A DNA stretch of 64,000 nt from Lama guanicoe (lineage: Eukaryota). Made by a program: the position numbers and the translations under genes. The notes under the pieces were generated by a model. The model did not search any database. It was not told the origin of the DNA and saw nothing but the letters and a program-made list of their open reading frames with translations. Positions within the stretch are counted from its first letter, which is position 1. The number at the start of each line of letters is the position of its first letter. The stretch is from NCBI GenBank assembly GCA_013239625.1, contig MU054187.1:7660358-7724357 (forward strand), given 5' to 3'. This document shows positions 50,430 through 61,690 of the stretch, one piece after another.

Positions 50430-51015
50430 GAATTTTACAGAATGTCATATAAATGGTATCATAAACTATGTAGCTGTTTGTGTCTAGATTCTTTCTTTTT
50501 ATATTGAAGTATAGTTGATTTGTAATGGGTTAGTGTCTGAATTCTTTGTTTAGAATAATGCTTTTTTGGAAAAACTTAATTTTTGGGGGGAGGGAGAGGT
50601 CATTAGGTCTGTTTATTTATTTGTCACTATTTTTTTAAAATGGAGGTACTGGGGATTGAAGCCAGGACCTCGTGCATGCTAAGCACGCGCTCTACCACTT
50701 GAGCTATACCCTTCCTCCCAGAATAATGCTTATCACATTCATCCATATTATTACATGAATTCAGTTTTTTTTTATCATCAGAGACTATATCATTGTATAG
50801 AGATACCACAATTGTATATTCGTTCACTAGCTGATGGACATTTGGCCAGCCTTTTTGTGAATGTATGTTTTCATTTTCTGTCTTTCAGTTTCTAGCAGTG
50901 GAGTTTCTGGGTTGAACGCTAAGGGTAGGTTTAATTATAAAAAAAAAATTACCAAACATATTTCTAATGTGGTTGTAGTTATTTTTTAATTCCCACCAGC
51001 AATGTATGAGAACCC
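50430..51015 (-). mobile_element. Old L1 (L1ME/MB-like) carrying two younger insertions
   Basis: gaatgtcatataaatggtatcata...tgatggacatttgg...ttcccaccagcaatgtatgaga. Includes a ~38 bp L1 tail at 50495-50532 flanked by gtgtct(ag/ga)attcttt. Confidence 0.8.
50564..50719 (-). mobile_element. vic-1-like camelid tRNA-Ala-derived SINE
   Basis: Minus strand gggtatagctcaagtggtagagcgcgtgcttagcatgcacgaggtcctggcttcaatccccagtacctcc plus a cctaatgacctc tail. Perfect 12-bp duplication agaataatgctt at 50552-50563 and 50720-50731. Confidence 0.92.
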
Positions 51016-51026
51016 TAACTGTTCCA

Positions 51027-51256
51027 TGTGATAATTAATTTTGTGGGATTCACAGATAGCTGGTAAAACATTATTTCTGGTTTTCTGGACGACATTAACA
51101 TTTGAATTTGGTGAACTAAATTAAGATCACCGTCTTCAAGGCAAGTGGGCATCATCCAATCTGTTGAGGGCCTACATAAAGCAAAAAGGCAGAGAAAGGG
51201 CAAGTTTGCTGTTTGAGTTGGGACATCCATCTTCTCTTGCCCTCAGACATTGGTGC
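51027..51256 (+). mobile_element. MLT2 (ERVL) LTR, 5' half
   Basis: tgtgataattaatttt...ggtaaaacattatttctgg...gtgggcatcatccaatctgttgagggcct. Confidence 0.88.
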
Positions 51257-51394
51257 ACAAAATCATTGATCATTTAACAACCAATTCTCATGTACTGATA
51301 TAAGTCAGTCTCAGCTCAACAATTCATAAAACAACCCTACATTCTTGGCTAAATTTTCCTTGGCTGTTATGTAAAAATACCTGAGCCAGGTGCC

Positions 51395-51856
51395 TTTTTT
51401 TAAAAATTGAACTATAGTCATTTACAATGTGTCAGTTTCTGGTGTACAGCATAATGTTTCAGTCATACATGTACATTCATATATTCATTTTCATATTCTT
51501 TTTCATTATAGGTTATTTCAAGATAGTGAATATAGTTTCCTGTGCTATTCAGAAGAAATTTGTTTTTTAAATCTATTTTATATATAGTTGTTAGTATTTG
51601 CAAATCTCGAACTCCCAATTTATCCCTTCCCACCTGTAACCGTAAGTTTGTTTATTATGTCTGTGAGTCTGTTTCTATTTTGTCGACAAGTTCATTAGTG
51701 TCTCCTTTTTTCTTTTTTTCTTATTTTTAGATTCCACATATGAGTGATATCATATGGTATTTTTCTTTTTCTTTCTGGCTTACTTCACTTAGAATGATGA
51801 TCTCCAGATCCATCCATGTTGCTGCAAGTGGCATTATTTTTTCCTTTTTTATGACT
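51395..51856 (-). mobile_element. Lineage-specific L1 3' end
   Basis: T-tail, tttctggtgtacagcataatg...tagattccacatatgagtgatatcatatggtattt...catccatgttgctgcaa. Confidence 0.92.
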
Positions 51857-52499
51857 TTTTTTAAAAGAAAGATGTCTTACTGGCTTTTCAAATTTATCTA
51901 AGATTATTGGACTATTATGGCTTTCTATCTCTTTGTATGTCAATTTCATAATACATATTTTTCTGAAAATTTATCTTTTCCTACATTCAAAATTTGGCAT
52001 ATATTTATAGTATTCTTTTATAATTCAAAAATTTTTCTTGTATTCCATGCTCCTTTTTAACATTCTAATTTTGATAGTTTGTGTTCTCTTTCTATTTTTT
52101 AAAATCAAAGTTTCAAAAATTTGCTTGCAAAAAATTTCTTTTTTGAGTTTATTTATTAATTTAAAAAGATTCTCTAATTGTATACTTAAGCCATTGATAT
52201 TAGCTTTCTTGGTTTCTAGTCTAGGTACTTAAAGCCATAATTTTGTCCAGATTTATTAAATTGTGACACTGTTTTGGATGTACTGTAGATTAAATTATTG
52301 ACATCTCCTCCCACTCCCAATGCAAATTGCATGAAATTTCCAAATATTTAGCCAAATATAAGGTAACATATTAGAAGGGAATTGATAACATAGAGCAAAA
52401 GCAGGTGCATCAAACCTCAGCCAACTGCCTTGGCCACCAAGGTCCCTAATACAGCCGCTGTCCCTTTTCTCACAAGATAGTTGCTAGATCCGAGAAGCT

Positions 52500-53110
52500 T
52501 TAATTTTTTTATTATGAACACATTCAAATATACTCAAAAGAAGAGTACAGTCAACCCCAGGAGGCTCATCCCTAGCATCAATATTCTGGATACAAATTTG
52601 CCAGACTTATTTCATTAATTCTTCTTTTAGTCCCTAGCATTCTTCCACTTCATTTCATTTCTAATTTTGCTTAAGTTTTAAAAAGTAAATTATATGTATT
52701 ATGTTAATTAACTTCCACATATTTCAGGAAGTATTCCAAAATATATAGATGTTTTCTTACATAGCCACAATAGCGTGATCTTGCTTAACAAAATCAACAC
52801 TAGTCTGGTTTCATCCATTATCGAGTTCAGGTAAAATTTTTAATTGTCCTGAAAATTCTTTTTTACAGTTGACAAGTTTTAATTAGGATCCCCCCAAAAT
52901 GTCATATTCTAAGTGTTTTAGTCTACCATGCTCTCTGCTCTTCTACCTCCTGATTTTTCATGCCACTGAATTTTGAGAAACTAGCTCCATTCTCATGCAG
53001 GATGTGCTACATTCTGGATCTGCTCATTCGCTTCCACATGGTGTCATATAACCTCTTCTTCTGCAGCCCAGGTTTTCTATAAATTCAAACTTTGCCTTTA
53101 AAATTTTGAT
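52500..53110 (-). mobile_element. Old L1 (L1MC5-like) 3' region
   Basis: ttattatgaacacattcaaatatactcaaaag...cttacatagccacaa...acattctggat. Confidence 0.65.
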
Positions 53111-53220
53111 TAGTTGCCTAATTCCCTTCAATTGTGACAACAAATTTGGATGATGAATCCTTTTAATTTTTTAAAGACTTATTTTATGGCCTAACATATG
53201 GTCCATCCTGATTGTATGCT

Positions 53221-53587
53221 CTTTTTATTGAAGTATAGTTGATTTACAATATTAGTTTCAGGTGTACAAAGTTCAGTACTCTTACAGATTATACTCCAAC
53301 TAACATTACTACAAAGCAATGGCTACAGTTCCCTGTGCTGTGCAATATATCCTTGTTGCTTATCTATTTTAGATATAGCAGTTTGTATCTCTTAATTTCA
53401 TTCCCCTATCTTGCCCCTCCCACCTAAGCTCTTCCCACTGGTAATCACTAGTTTGTTCTCTATATCTGTGAGTCTGTTTCTGTTTTATTATATGTATTCA
53501 TATATTTTATTTCTTTAGTGGTAACATAGAGTATTTGTCTTTCTCTGTCTGACTGATTTCAATAAGCACAATACTCTCTAGGTCCAT
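53221..53587 (-). mobile_element. Cetartiodactyl-type L1 3' end
   Basis: tttttattgaagtatagttgatttacaatattagtttcaggtgtaca...ctctatatctgtgagtctgtttctgtttt. Confidence 0.9.
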
Positions 53588-53589
53588 TA

Positions 53590-54030
53590 TTAATAACAGC
53601 TAAAAAGTAGAAACCACCCAAATACTTATCAACAGATAAACAGACAGTTATGACTTATCCATACCATGGATAACTGCTTAGACATAAAAAGGAAAGGAGC
53701 ATTTATTCATGCTACAAGACGATTGAACCTTGAAAACATCATACTAGGTAAAAGAAGCCAGACACAAAAAGCTATATTTTGTATGATGCCACTTATATGC
53801 AATTTCCAGAATAGACAAATTAATAGAGACAGAAAGTAGATTAGTTGTTGCCAGGTGCTTAGGGACACAGAAACAGGAGCATGACTCCTGGCAGATAGCT
53901 TCTTTGAAAGGTGATAAGATGTAGCGGTGATGGCTGCACTACTTTGTAAATACACTGAAAACTACTAAATTGTGCACTTTGAAAGGGTGAATTTTATGGT
54001 ATGTGAATTATATCTTAATAAAACAACTAA
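53590..54030 (+). mobile_element. L1MB-like 3' end
   Basis: gaaccttgaaaacatcatactaggtaaaagaagccagacacaaaa...gggtgaattttatggtatgtgaattatatcttaataaa. Confidence 0.88.
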
Positions 54031-54319
54031 ATAAATAAAAGAAAATTAAAATTTATATTCAAGACAACTTTTTCTTTTTTTTTAGGCAGGAATATTTCAT
54101 GGATCGTCCCATGTATAAAACTGAATTACTTCAGCAGATACATAATGTCTGGTTGTTCCACTTTATAGATGCTAAAAGTAATCCATGGTTTCAGGTGGTG
54201 ACAGACTGCTGTTTATTGTCAAGCTTTTATCTCATGATTTATCTATGATGATCACTGCCTAAAGCAATTTATTTAAAGGTTGCAATATGGTCATTTAAAT
54301 TATTTTTGAATTTTATTTT

Positions 54320-57300
54320 ATTATTTTTAAAAGTACTTTTTTAAGAGCCGTTTAAGGTTCACAGAAGAATTGAGAGAAACGTACGTGGATTTGTTACAAC
54401 TGATGAACCTATGTTGGCGCACTGTAGTCACCCGAAGTCCATAGTTTACACTGGGCTCACTCTTGGTGTTTTACATTCTATGGGTTTGGAGAAATGTATA
54501 TAAAACACATTTGTAAATATACAATGACACAGCCATCATGATAGTATCATACAGAGAATTTTCACTGCACTAAAATTCTGTTCTTCACCTATTTCCTGCT
54601 GTTACCCTTCAACATCTGGCAACCAATAATCTTTTTACTATCTCTGTAAGTTTCACTTTTTCTAGAGTGTCATGGAATCATACAGTACGTAGTTTTTTCA
54701 AATTGATGTCTTTCACTTAGTAAAATGCAATTAAGTTTTCCCCATGTCTTTTCATAGCTTGGTAGCTCATTTCTTTTTAGCACTGAATAATATACTCCAT
54801 TGCCAGGCTGTACTACACTTTATTTATCCATTCACCTGCTGAAGGACATCCTGGTTGCTTTTAAGCTTTGGGAATTATAAATAAAGCTGCTATAAACATC
54901 TGTGTGTAGGTTTTTGTGTGGACATAGGTTTTCAACTCCTTTGGGGTTTTGATATTAGGATAATGCTGGCCTCGTACAATGAGTTAGAAAGTATTCTCCC
55001 TGCATCTACCATCTGAAAGATGTTGTAGAGAATTGTTATAATTTCTACCTTAAATACTTCTTAGAATTCGCTGGTCAACCTACCTGAGCCTGGTATTTTC
55101 TGTTTTGAAAGTGTACTGATGGTTTAAATTCTTTAATAGATACAAACCTATTTAGAGGTTTATTTCTTCTCTTGTGAGTTTTGTCAGGTTGTATACCTAA
55201 AAGAACTGATCCATTTCATCTCTGGTTATCTTATTTGTGGACGTAGAGTTCATCATAATATTTCTTTGTTATCCTTTTAATGTCGTGGAATCTGTAGTAA
55301 TGTCCCTTCTTTTACTCCTGACATTATTAATTTGTGTCCGCTCTCCTTTTCTCTTAGTTGTCCTGGCTAGAGGTTTATGTATCTTACTGATCTTTTCAAC
55401 CAACTTTTCATTTCATTGATTTTTCTCTATTGATTGCCTGTTTTCAGTTTTACTGATTTTTCCTCTAATTCTTATTGTTTCTTTTTTTCTGCCTACTTTG
55501 GGTTGAATTTGCTGGGGTTTTTTTTTCTTTTAATTTCCTAAGGTTGGCATTAGATCTTTATTTTTTTCTTTCCCCTCACCAAGGTTTATTGAGATATAGT
55601 TGACATAAAATGTGTAAGTTTAAGGCATATAGAATAACAATATTACTTATACACATTGTGAAATGATTACCATAATAAATGTAGTTACCATCTATCATTT
55701 TATATAGGGACAAAAAATCAAAGAAAAATTTTTAAAAATTTTCAGTTGATAAGAACTCTTAGGAGCTAACGTCTTAACAACTTTTAAAGACACCATATAG
55801 CATTGTTAACTATAGTTATCATGCTGCATATTACATTTCTAGACTATTTATCTTATAACCGGAAGTTTGTACCTCTTGACCGCCTTCATCCAATTCCCTC
55901 ACCCCTCGCCCCCAGCCTCTTCTTTTCTAATGTACGCATTCAATGCTCTAAGTTTCCCTTTAAGCACTGTTTTCACTGTATTCCATTAATTTTGATAAGT
56001 TATGCTTTCATTTTAATTTAGTTCAAAATATGTTACAATTTCTGAGATTTCTTTTCAACTCATGTTTTATTTAGGAGTGTGTTTTTGAATCTGCACATAT
56101 TTGGGGATTTTCTAGTTATCTTTCTGTTATTGATTTCTACCTTAATTTCATTGTGGTCTGAGAGCAGATGTTGTATAATTATTATTTTTTTAAAAAAATT
56201 TGTTAATGTGCATTTTATGACTCAGAATATGGTCTCTCCAGGTGATTGTTTCACATGAGCTTGAGAAAAATGTGTATTCTGCTGTTGTTGGGTGAAGCAG
56301 TCAATAGATGTTAATTATTTTCAGTTGATTGATGGTTCTCTTGAGTTCAACTAAGTCCTTATTGATTTTTTTGCCTGCTGAATCTTTCCATCTGTGATGG
56401 AAGGGTGTTGAAGTCTCCAACTATGATACTGGATTCATTTATTCTTTTTGCAATTCTATCAATTTTTGCCTCATATACTTAGATGCTCTGCTATTAGGTA
56501 CATACACATTAAAGATTGCTATGTCTTCTTGGAGAACTGGCCCCTTTATCATTAAGTGATGCCCTTATAACTTCCCTCGCTGTGAAGTCAGCTGTGTCAG
56601 AAATTACTATAGCTACTCCTACTTCCTTTTGATTAGTGTTAGCATGATATATATTTCTCCATCCATTATTTTTTATCCATAAGTGTCCTATATATAAAGT
56701 GTATTTCTTTTAGGTGACATATAGTTGGGTCCTGTTTTTTTGACCCATTTTGACAGTCTCTGTCTCTTAATTGGTACTTTTAGACCATTGCTGTTCAAAG
56801 TGATTATTGATATACTAGGATTATATCTACCATATTTGTTACTTTATTCTAGTTGTTGCTCTTCTTCTTTGACCCACTTTTTTGTCTTTCATTCTTTTTC
56901 TGCCTTTGGTTTTAATCAAGCATTGTATATAATCCCATTTTGTCTCCTTTCTTAGCATATCAGTTATACTTTACTTTTTTTCCTATCTTAGTTCTTGTCT
57001 TAGAGTTTGCAATATATATTTACAACTAGTCCAAGTTCACTTTTAAATGGCAGTGTGCCACTTCACTGGTAGTGAGTACCCTGTAGTGAGAAAATAATTG
57101 TAATTCCTTGTCCCTCATTTCTTGTGTCATTGTTGTCATTCATTTCATTTATATATAAGCATTCACAAATATAGATGTATAATTGAATACATTGTTGATA
57201 TTATTATTTTGAAAAAGTTACCTGTTAGATCAATTAAGAATATAAGAAAAATAAAAGTTTTTATTTTACCTTCACTTATCCCTTCTTCAATGACCTTCCT

Positions 57301-58350
57301 TTTTTAAAAAACATAAATCTGAATTTCTTACCTATATAATTTTCCTTCCTTCCAAAGAACTTCTTTTAACATTTCTTGCAAGGTATGCCTATTGGCAATA
57401 TATTTCCTTCTTTTCTGTCTGAGGAAGTCTTCCACTTTTGAAGGGTAATTTTTGCAAGGTACAGAATTTTAGGTTGGTGGGCTTTTTTGTCTCTAAACAC
57501 TTTAAATATTTCACTCCACTCCTTTCTTGCTCATGTGTTTTCTGAGGAGAAGTGGAATATAATTCTTTTCTTACATTTTTTCTTCTGGCTACTTTCAGGA
57601 TTTTTCTCTTTACCTTAGATTTCCTGTCATTTGAAAATGGTATGCCTCACTGTGGGGGTCTTTGTCCTTTGCATTTGTCCTGCCTGGTGTTCTCTGAGCT
57701 TCCTGGACTTGAGGTTTGGTATCTGACTAATTAGGAAAATTTGGGAAAATTCAATCATTATGGTTCCAAATCTTCTGTTTCCTTATGTAGTTGTCCCTCA
57801 GTCTTTGAATGGTTCTAGTTTTTTTTTTTTAAAGTTTTTGTTCTGTTTTATTTTCAATTTCAGAGATTTTTATTTTTTTAAACATTTTTTATTGATTTGT
57901 AATCATTTTACAATGTTGTGTCCTCCAAGTCAGAGATTCTTTCCTCAGCTGTGTCCAGCCTGCTAATCAGCCTGTCCAATGTTTTCCTCATTTTATTTCT
58001 CTTTGATTCTTTCTGAGGATTTCCATCTCTCTGTTTTCATTGCTGTCTGTTTCTGTAGGCTGTCTACATTAGAGCCCTGACCATATTAATCATAGTTATT
58101 TTAATTTCCTGGTTTGTTACTTCCAACATCCTTGTCATGTCTGGTTCCACTGCTTGCTCTTTCTCTTCAAATTTTTTTTTTTACTTTTTAGTGTGCCTTG
58201 TAATTGTTTCTAGCTAGCCAGACATGATGTACTGGGTAAAAAGAACTGCTATAAATGGTCCTTCAGTAATGTGGTGATAACGTAGGGTTGCAGGAGAATA
58301 ATTCTATAGTCCTATGATGAAGTCTCAGTCTTGAAGTGAACCTATCACAG
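54320..58350 (-). mobile_element. Large decayed L1 (L1MC-like 3' end plus ORF2 remnants) with nested younger L1 pieces at ~55560-55920 and ~57870-57922
   Basis: gtccatagtttacactgggctcactcttggtgtt; aatgctggcctcgtacaatgagttag; tgttgaagtctccaactat. No intact ORF. Confidence 0.85.
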
Positions 58351-58799
58351 TTTGGAGTTCAGCTAACCTTTAAAATGGATGCTTATACAATAATTAGAAA
58401 AAAAATAATTAGAGGCATGGTCATTCATACACATAGGAAAAATAGGTGTGCAATGAAATGACTATATTACTAGAAATATCAGTCTCGGTCTATAGGAGAT
58501 GGAAAGAAACAAAAGTGATGCTCAACGTCTTTTCAATAAATTAGCAAGTAAAAAAGAACTGTCTTAAATTGAGTAGGGAAAGTAAGTGGCAGAGACAGTG
58601 GTAAATATTTCTAGTGGTGAGTTTTTCTGGGGGTTCCTGTTCTTCTACTGAAACCCCAGTAGTTAACCTTTTCTCTAGTATATTTGCAATTAGCTGCTGG
58701 CCAGGTGCTACTAACAGCTTAAAGTGGGTTATTTCTTAATTTTCAAGTAGGCAAAGCTTGGAAAGGGTGTGAAATTTTAGGCATTATATCAGAGAGGAT

Positions 58800-59030
58800 T
58801 ATAAGAGTAATAAACTAGTAGGTGCCATGCACAGTTTTACTTATTTAATTCTTTCAATGGCTCTATAATGTAGATACTGTTATCATTTACTACTTACATA
58901 TGAAAAATCCAAAATACCAGAGTTAAAGAATATCATCAAGGTCACAGCTAGTACATAGGGAAGATGAATTCTAACTCATGCATTTAACTCATACTTCAGA
59001 TCACATATCTCACCACGATGCCACAGCCTT
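58800..59030 (-). mobile_element. MIR SINE
   Basis: ttatttaattctttcaa...tcaaggtcacagctagta. Confidence 0.7.
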
Positions 59031-59239
59031 GAAGGGGAGAGAGAGGAAGATGAGAGAGAGAAAAAGAGTGTGGGAGGAGAGGGAGAGAGGGAGAGAAAAA
59101 CTGGTTCTCAGCGCCTTTGAAATTATACCTCACAAGGTGTCAGCTACTCTGCCAAACAGCAAAGAAATTAGTGACGTGAAAGCAACAACGAAGTAAGAAA
59201 GCCAAAGGAGGCTAATTGAAGGCAGAACAAAAGAGCTGT

Positions 59240-59465
59240 AAAGAAACAGATTCACAGGCATAGAAAACAAATTTATTGTTAGCAAAGGGGAAAGTGGGGG
59301 AGAGGGGATAAATTAGGAGCTTGGGATTAGCAGATACAAACTACTGTATATGAAACAGATCAGCAACAAGGTCCTGCTGTAGAGCACAGGGAACTATAGT
59401 AAATAGCTTTTAATAACTTATAATGAAAAAGAATATGATAATAATATATATACATATAACTGGAA
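59240..59465 (+). mobile_element. Cetartiodactyl-type L1 3'UTR fragment lacking a tail
   Basis: agaaacagattcacaggcatagaaaacaaa...ggataaattaggag...agcacagggaactata; same family as 25037-25286. Confidence 0.9.
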
Positions 59466-59540
59466 TGAATTTGTTTAGATTAGTTTTCTGCTACTGTTGT
59501 GAGAAATCAATAGCTTTTGCAGAATTTTGAAAAGTGGCTT

Positions 59541-60042
59541 TTATTGGTTAAGAATACGTTTGGCTGCTTGCAATAGAAGGAAACTCAATATTAACAGCTC
59601 AACAACATACGGTAATGTTTTCATAAAACAATTAAGCCGAGGCCCAGGGTGGTTCAGCACATTCTATTATTGTTCCAGGCCCCTCCTTCCCTTGTACCTT
59701 CCTTCGTGTATAGTTTTACCCCATGTGTGTCACCACATGGTCACAGAATGGCTGCTTCAGCTAAACCTTCATGTCTGTGTGTCAGGCAGTCCCTGAGGTG
59801 GGAAAAATAAAGGGGTGTCACTACCAAAAATCAAAAACATCCCCAGAAATCACAGAAGCCTTCTGCTTATACCTCCCTGGTCAGAAACGTGTCTCAAGAT
59901 CACCCTTATGTGTGATTGAGTTTGGAATATTGAGGGTTTATTTTTCTGGGCACATTGCCACTATAAACAAAATCTGGATTCTCTCCTGAAAAGAGAAAAG
60001 GAGAATGGATAACGGATAGACTGCAGTAAAATCCACTGCCTG
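59541..60042 (-). mobile_element. MLT1J-like LTR
   Basis: tttggctgc...catggtcacagaatggctgc...gggcacattgcca...aaaatctggattct...ggagaatggata. Confidence 0.8.
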
Positions 60043-60742
60043 GTGTATATTTAACAAGTAGTTACTAGAAAATGAATTACATGATATACTCTTAATGGAA
60101 TCTCTTGAGACAGAGCAGGATTTCTGCTTTGGGGGAAAAACATGGGGAAATATGGTGCAGTGCTGTAGCACACGCAACAAAACCCATTGCTGTTGATATT
60201 TTAAGAGGAACAAAGTTCAGCCAGTGGGCAAGGAATTTCCCAGGTGTGTGGTTTGCCCAGAGGATCGGATGCTTTCTGAGCTCAACACTTTATAGCTCTC
60301 TGCACTGTCATTATTATGGTTCATTATACTGTTTACAACTGTCTTGGCCAAACTTGAAGATGTATTCAAAAAAGTCTCCTGTCCTGCAAACACTCCTCCA
60401 GCTCTGTCTATGCTGACTAAGTCAGCTAGGTTTACCTCCCATCAGTAGATCATTAGGTGAGACCAGCACTAAAGGAAATACAGTGAGGATCTTTGGGGTG
60501 TCTGTTGTCAGTGCACCTGCACATCCCTGAAGCCTTTGATCTGGGGACTTCTAACCTTTTGCCAGTGAGCATTGCAAGATTCCACCAGCTGTTAATCCCT
60601 ACTAAAGTCCTGGTGGATAAGTTAAAGTAGTGTTTCCCAGATTTTTTTTCTACCAGTGTACCCCTGATATGTGGAAATAAACCTGGGAAGGGGAAAGTGT
60701 GTGACGTAGGGTGACAGCAGTACGTGTGTGTGTAAAGCATGC

Positions 60743-61239
60743 TGTAACAGAGAAGAACAAACCTGACGCCATATTGGATCTGTTCCTTTAGCTCCGACCT
60801 TTGTGCTCTGTTGCCTGTGCTGAGTCATGCTGACTCTGCTCCTTTTGTAAAAGCATGTTGCATATAGCTTGAAATATACAGATTGGCCCATTCTCAAGGC
60901 TCTGACCTTTAAAGGTAGATAAAAAGTTGCAGAACAGAGAATAACACTTGTCTAGTTGGAGGTTTATAGGAAGATTGTGACCAGACCTACGTGGACAGCT
61001 ACAGGAACAAAGGATTCCAGTATCAAGAAGTCTGCGATGACCAGCCATACCTCCTCCCCTTTTAGTATAAAAGAAGCCTGAATTCTAACTCAGATAAGAT
61101 AGTTCTTTGGGACACTAGTCCACCATCTCCTCCATCTGCTGGCTTTCTGAATAAAGTAACTATCTCGTGCCCCCAAAATTCATCTCTCAGTTTATTGGCC
61201 CATCGTGTGGCCAGCAGTGTGGGCTTGGACTCAGTAGCA
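60743..61239 (+). mobile_element. ERV1-class solo LTR, full length
   Basis: TG...CA termini, flanks atgc/attc, TATAAAA 61066-61072, AATAAA 61150-61155. Confidence 0.88.
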
Positions 61240-61339
61240 ATTCCACCTGGCATTAGTCACTTCTATGGTGGAAAACATCCCTCAGTTTAGCTAGTTGGGA
61301 GGGGATTCTGTTGAAGTTCCACGGTGGGTGTGAAGTTTA

Positions 61340-61690
61340 GCCAGCTCTATCGCTGGCTACAGTGATTTGTTCAGTGACACAGCTGGAGTCAGTGAGATTC
61401 AAGATGTCTCTTTTTCTGATATTTCTAGGAAAGAGAGTATTGTTTTTTTCCTCCCGAGATTTAAGGCAAAAATGATATAAAACCTGAAGATTTGGCACTC
61501 AACTTCTGGCTATAAGCATAAAGTCAATATGGAGGAGTGAAGATTCTGAGATGAGATGAAGAAAAACAATGTCTAGGAGACATCTGAACAAGCCATGCCC
61601 AAAGCCAGGACTTTTCATTTATATAAGCAAATATGTTCCTTTTGTGTTTAACCCACCTGGGAACATTGTGCTATTTGAAATAAACAAATG
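61340..61690 (+). mobile_element. Degraded MLT1 (K/L-like) LTR
   Basis: ctgaacaagccatgcccaaagccaggacttttca...ccttttgtgtttaa. Confidence 0.6.

Noticed and set aside
50641..50713. tRNA-Ala(AGC)-like cloverleaf
   Set aside because: The acceptor stem is imperfect, the T-stem/B box is mutated, and it carries a SINE tail and target-site duplication. It is a SINE head, not a tRNA gene.
53221..54030. Head-to-head L1 junction suggesting a single inverted element
   Set aside because: The two halves have different 3'UTR types and apparent ages, so they are independent insertions.
54945..58350. Possible L1 ORF2 coding capacity
   Set aside because: Heavily decayed; the ORF track shows no long minus-strand ORF.
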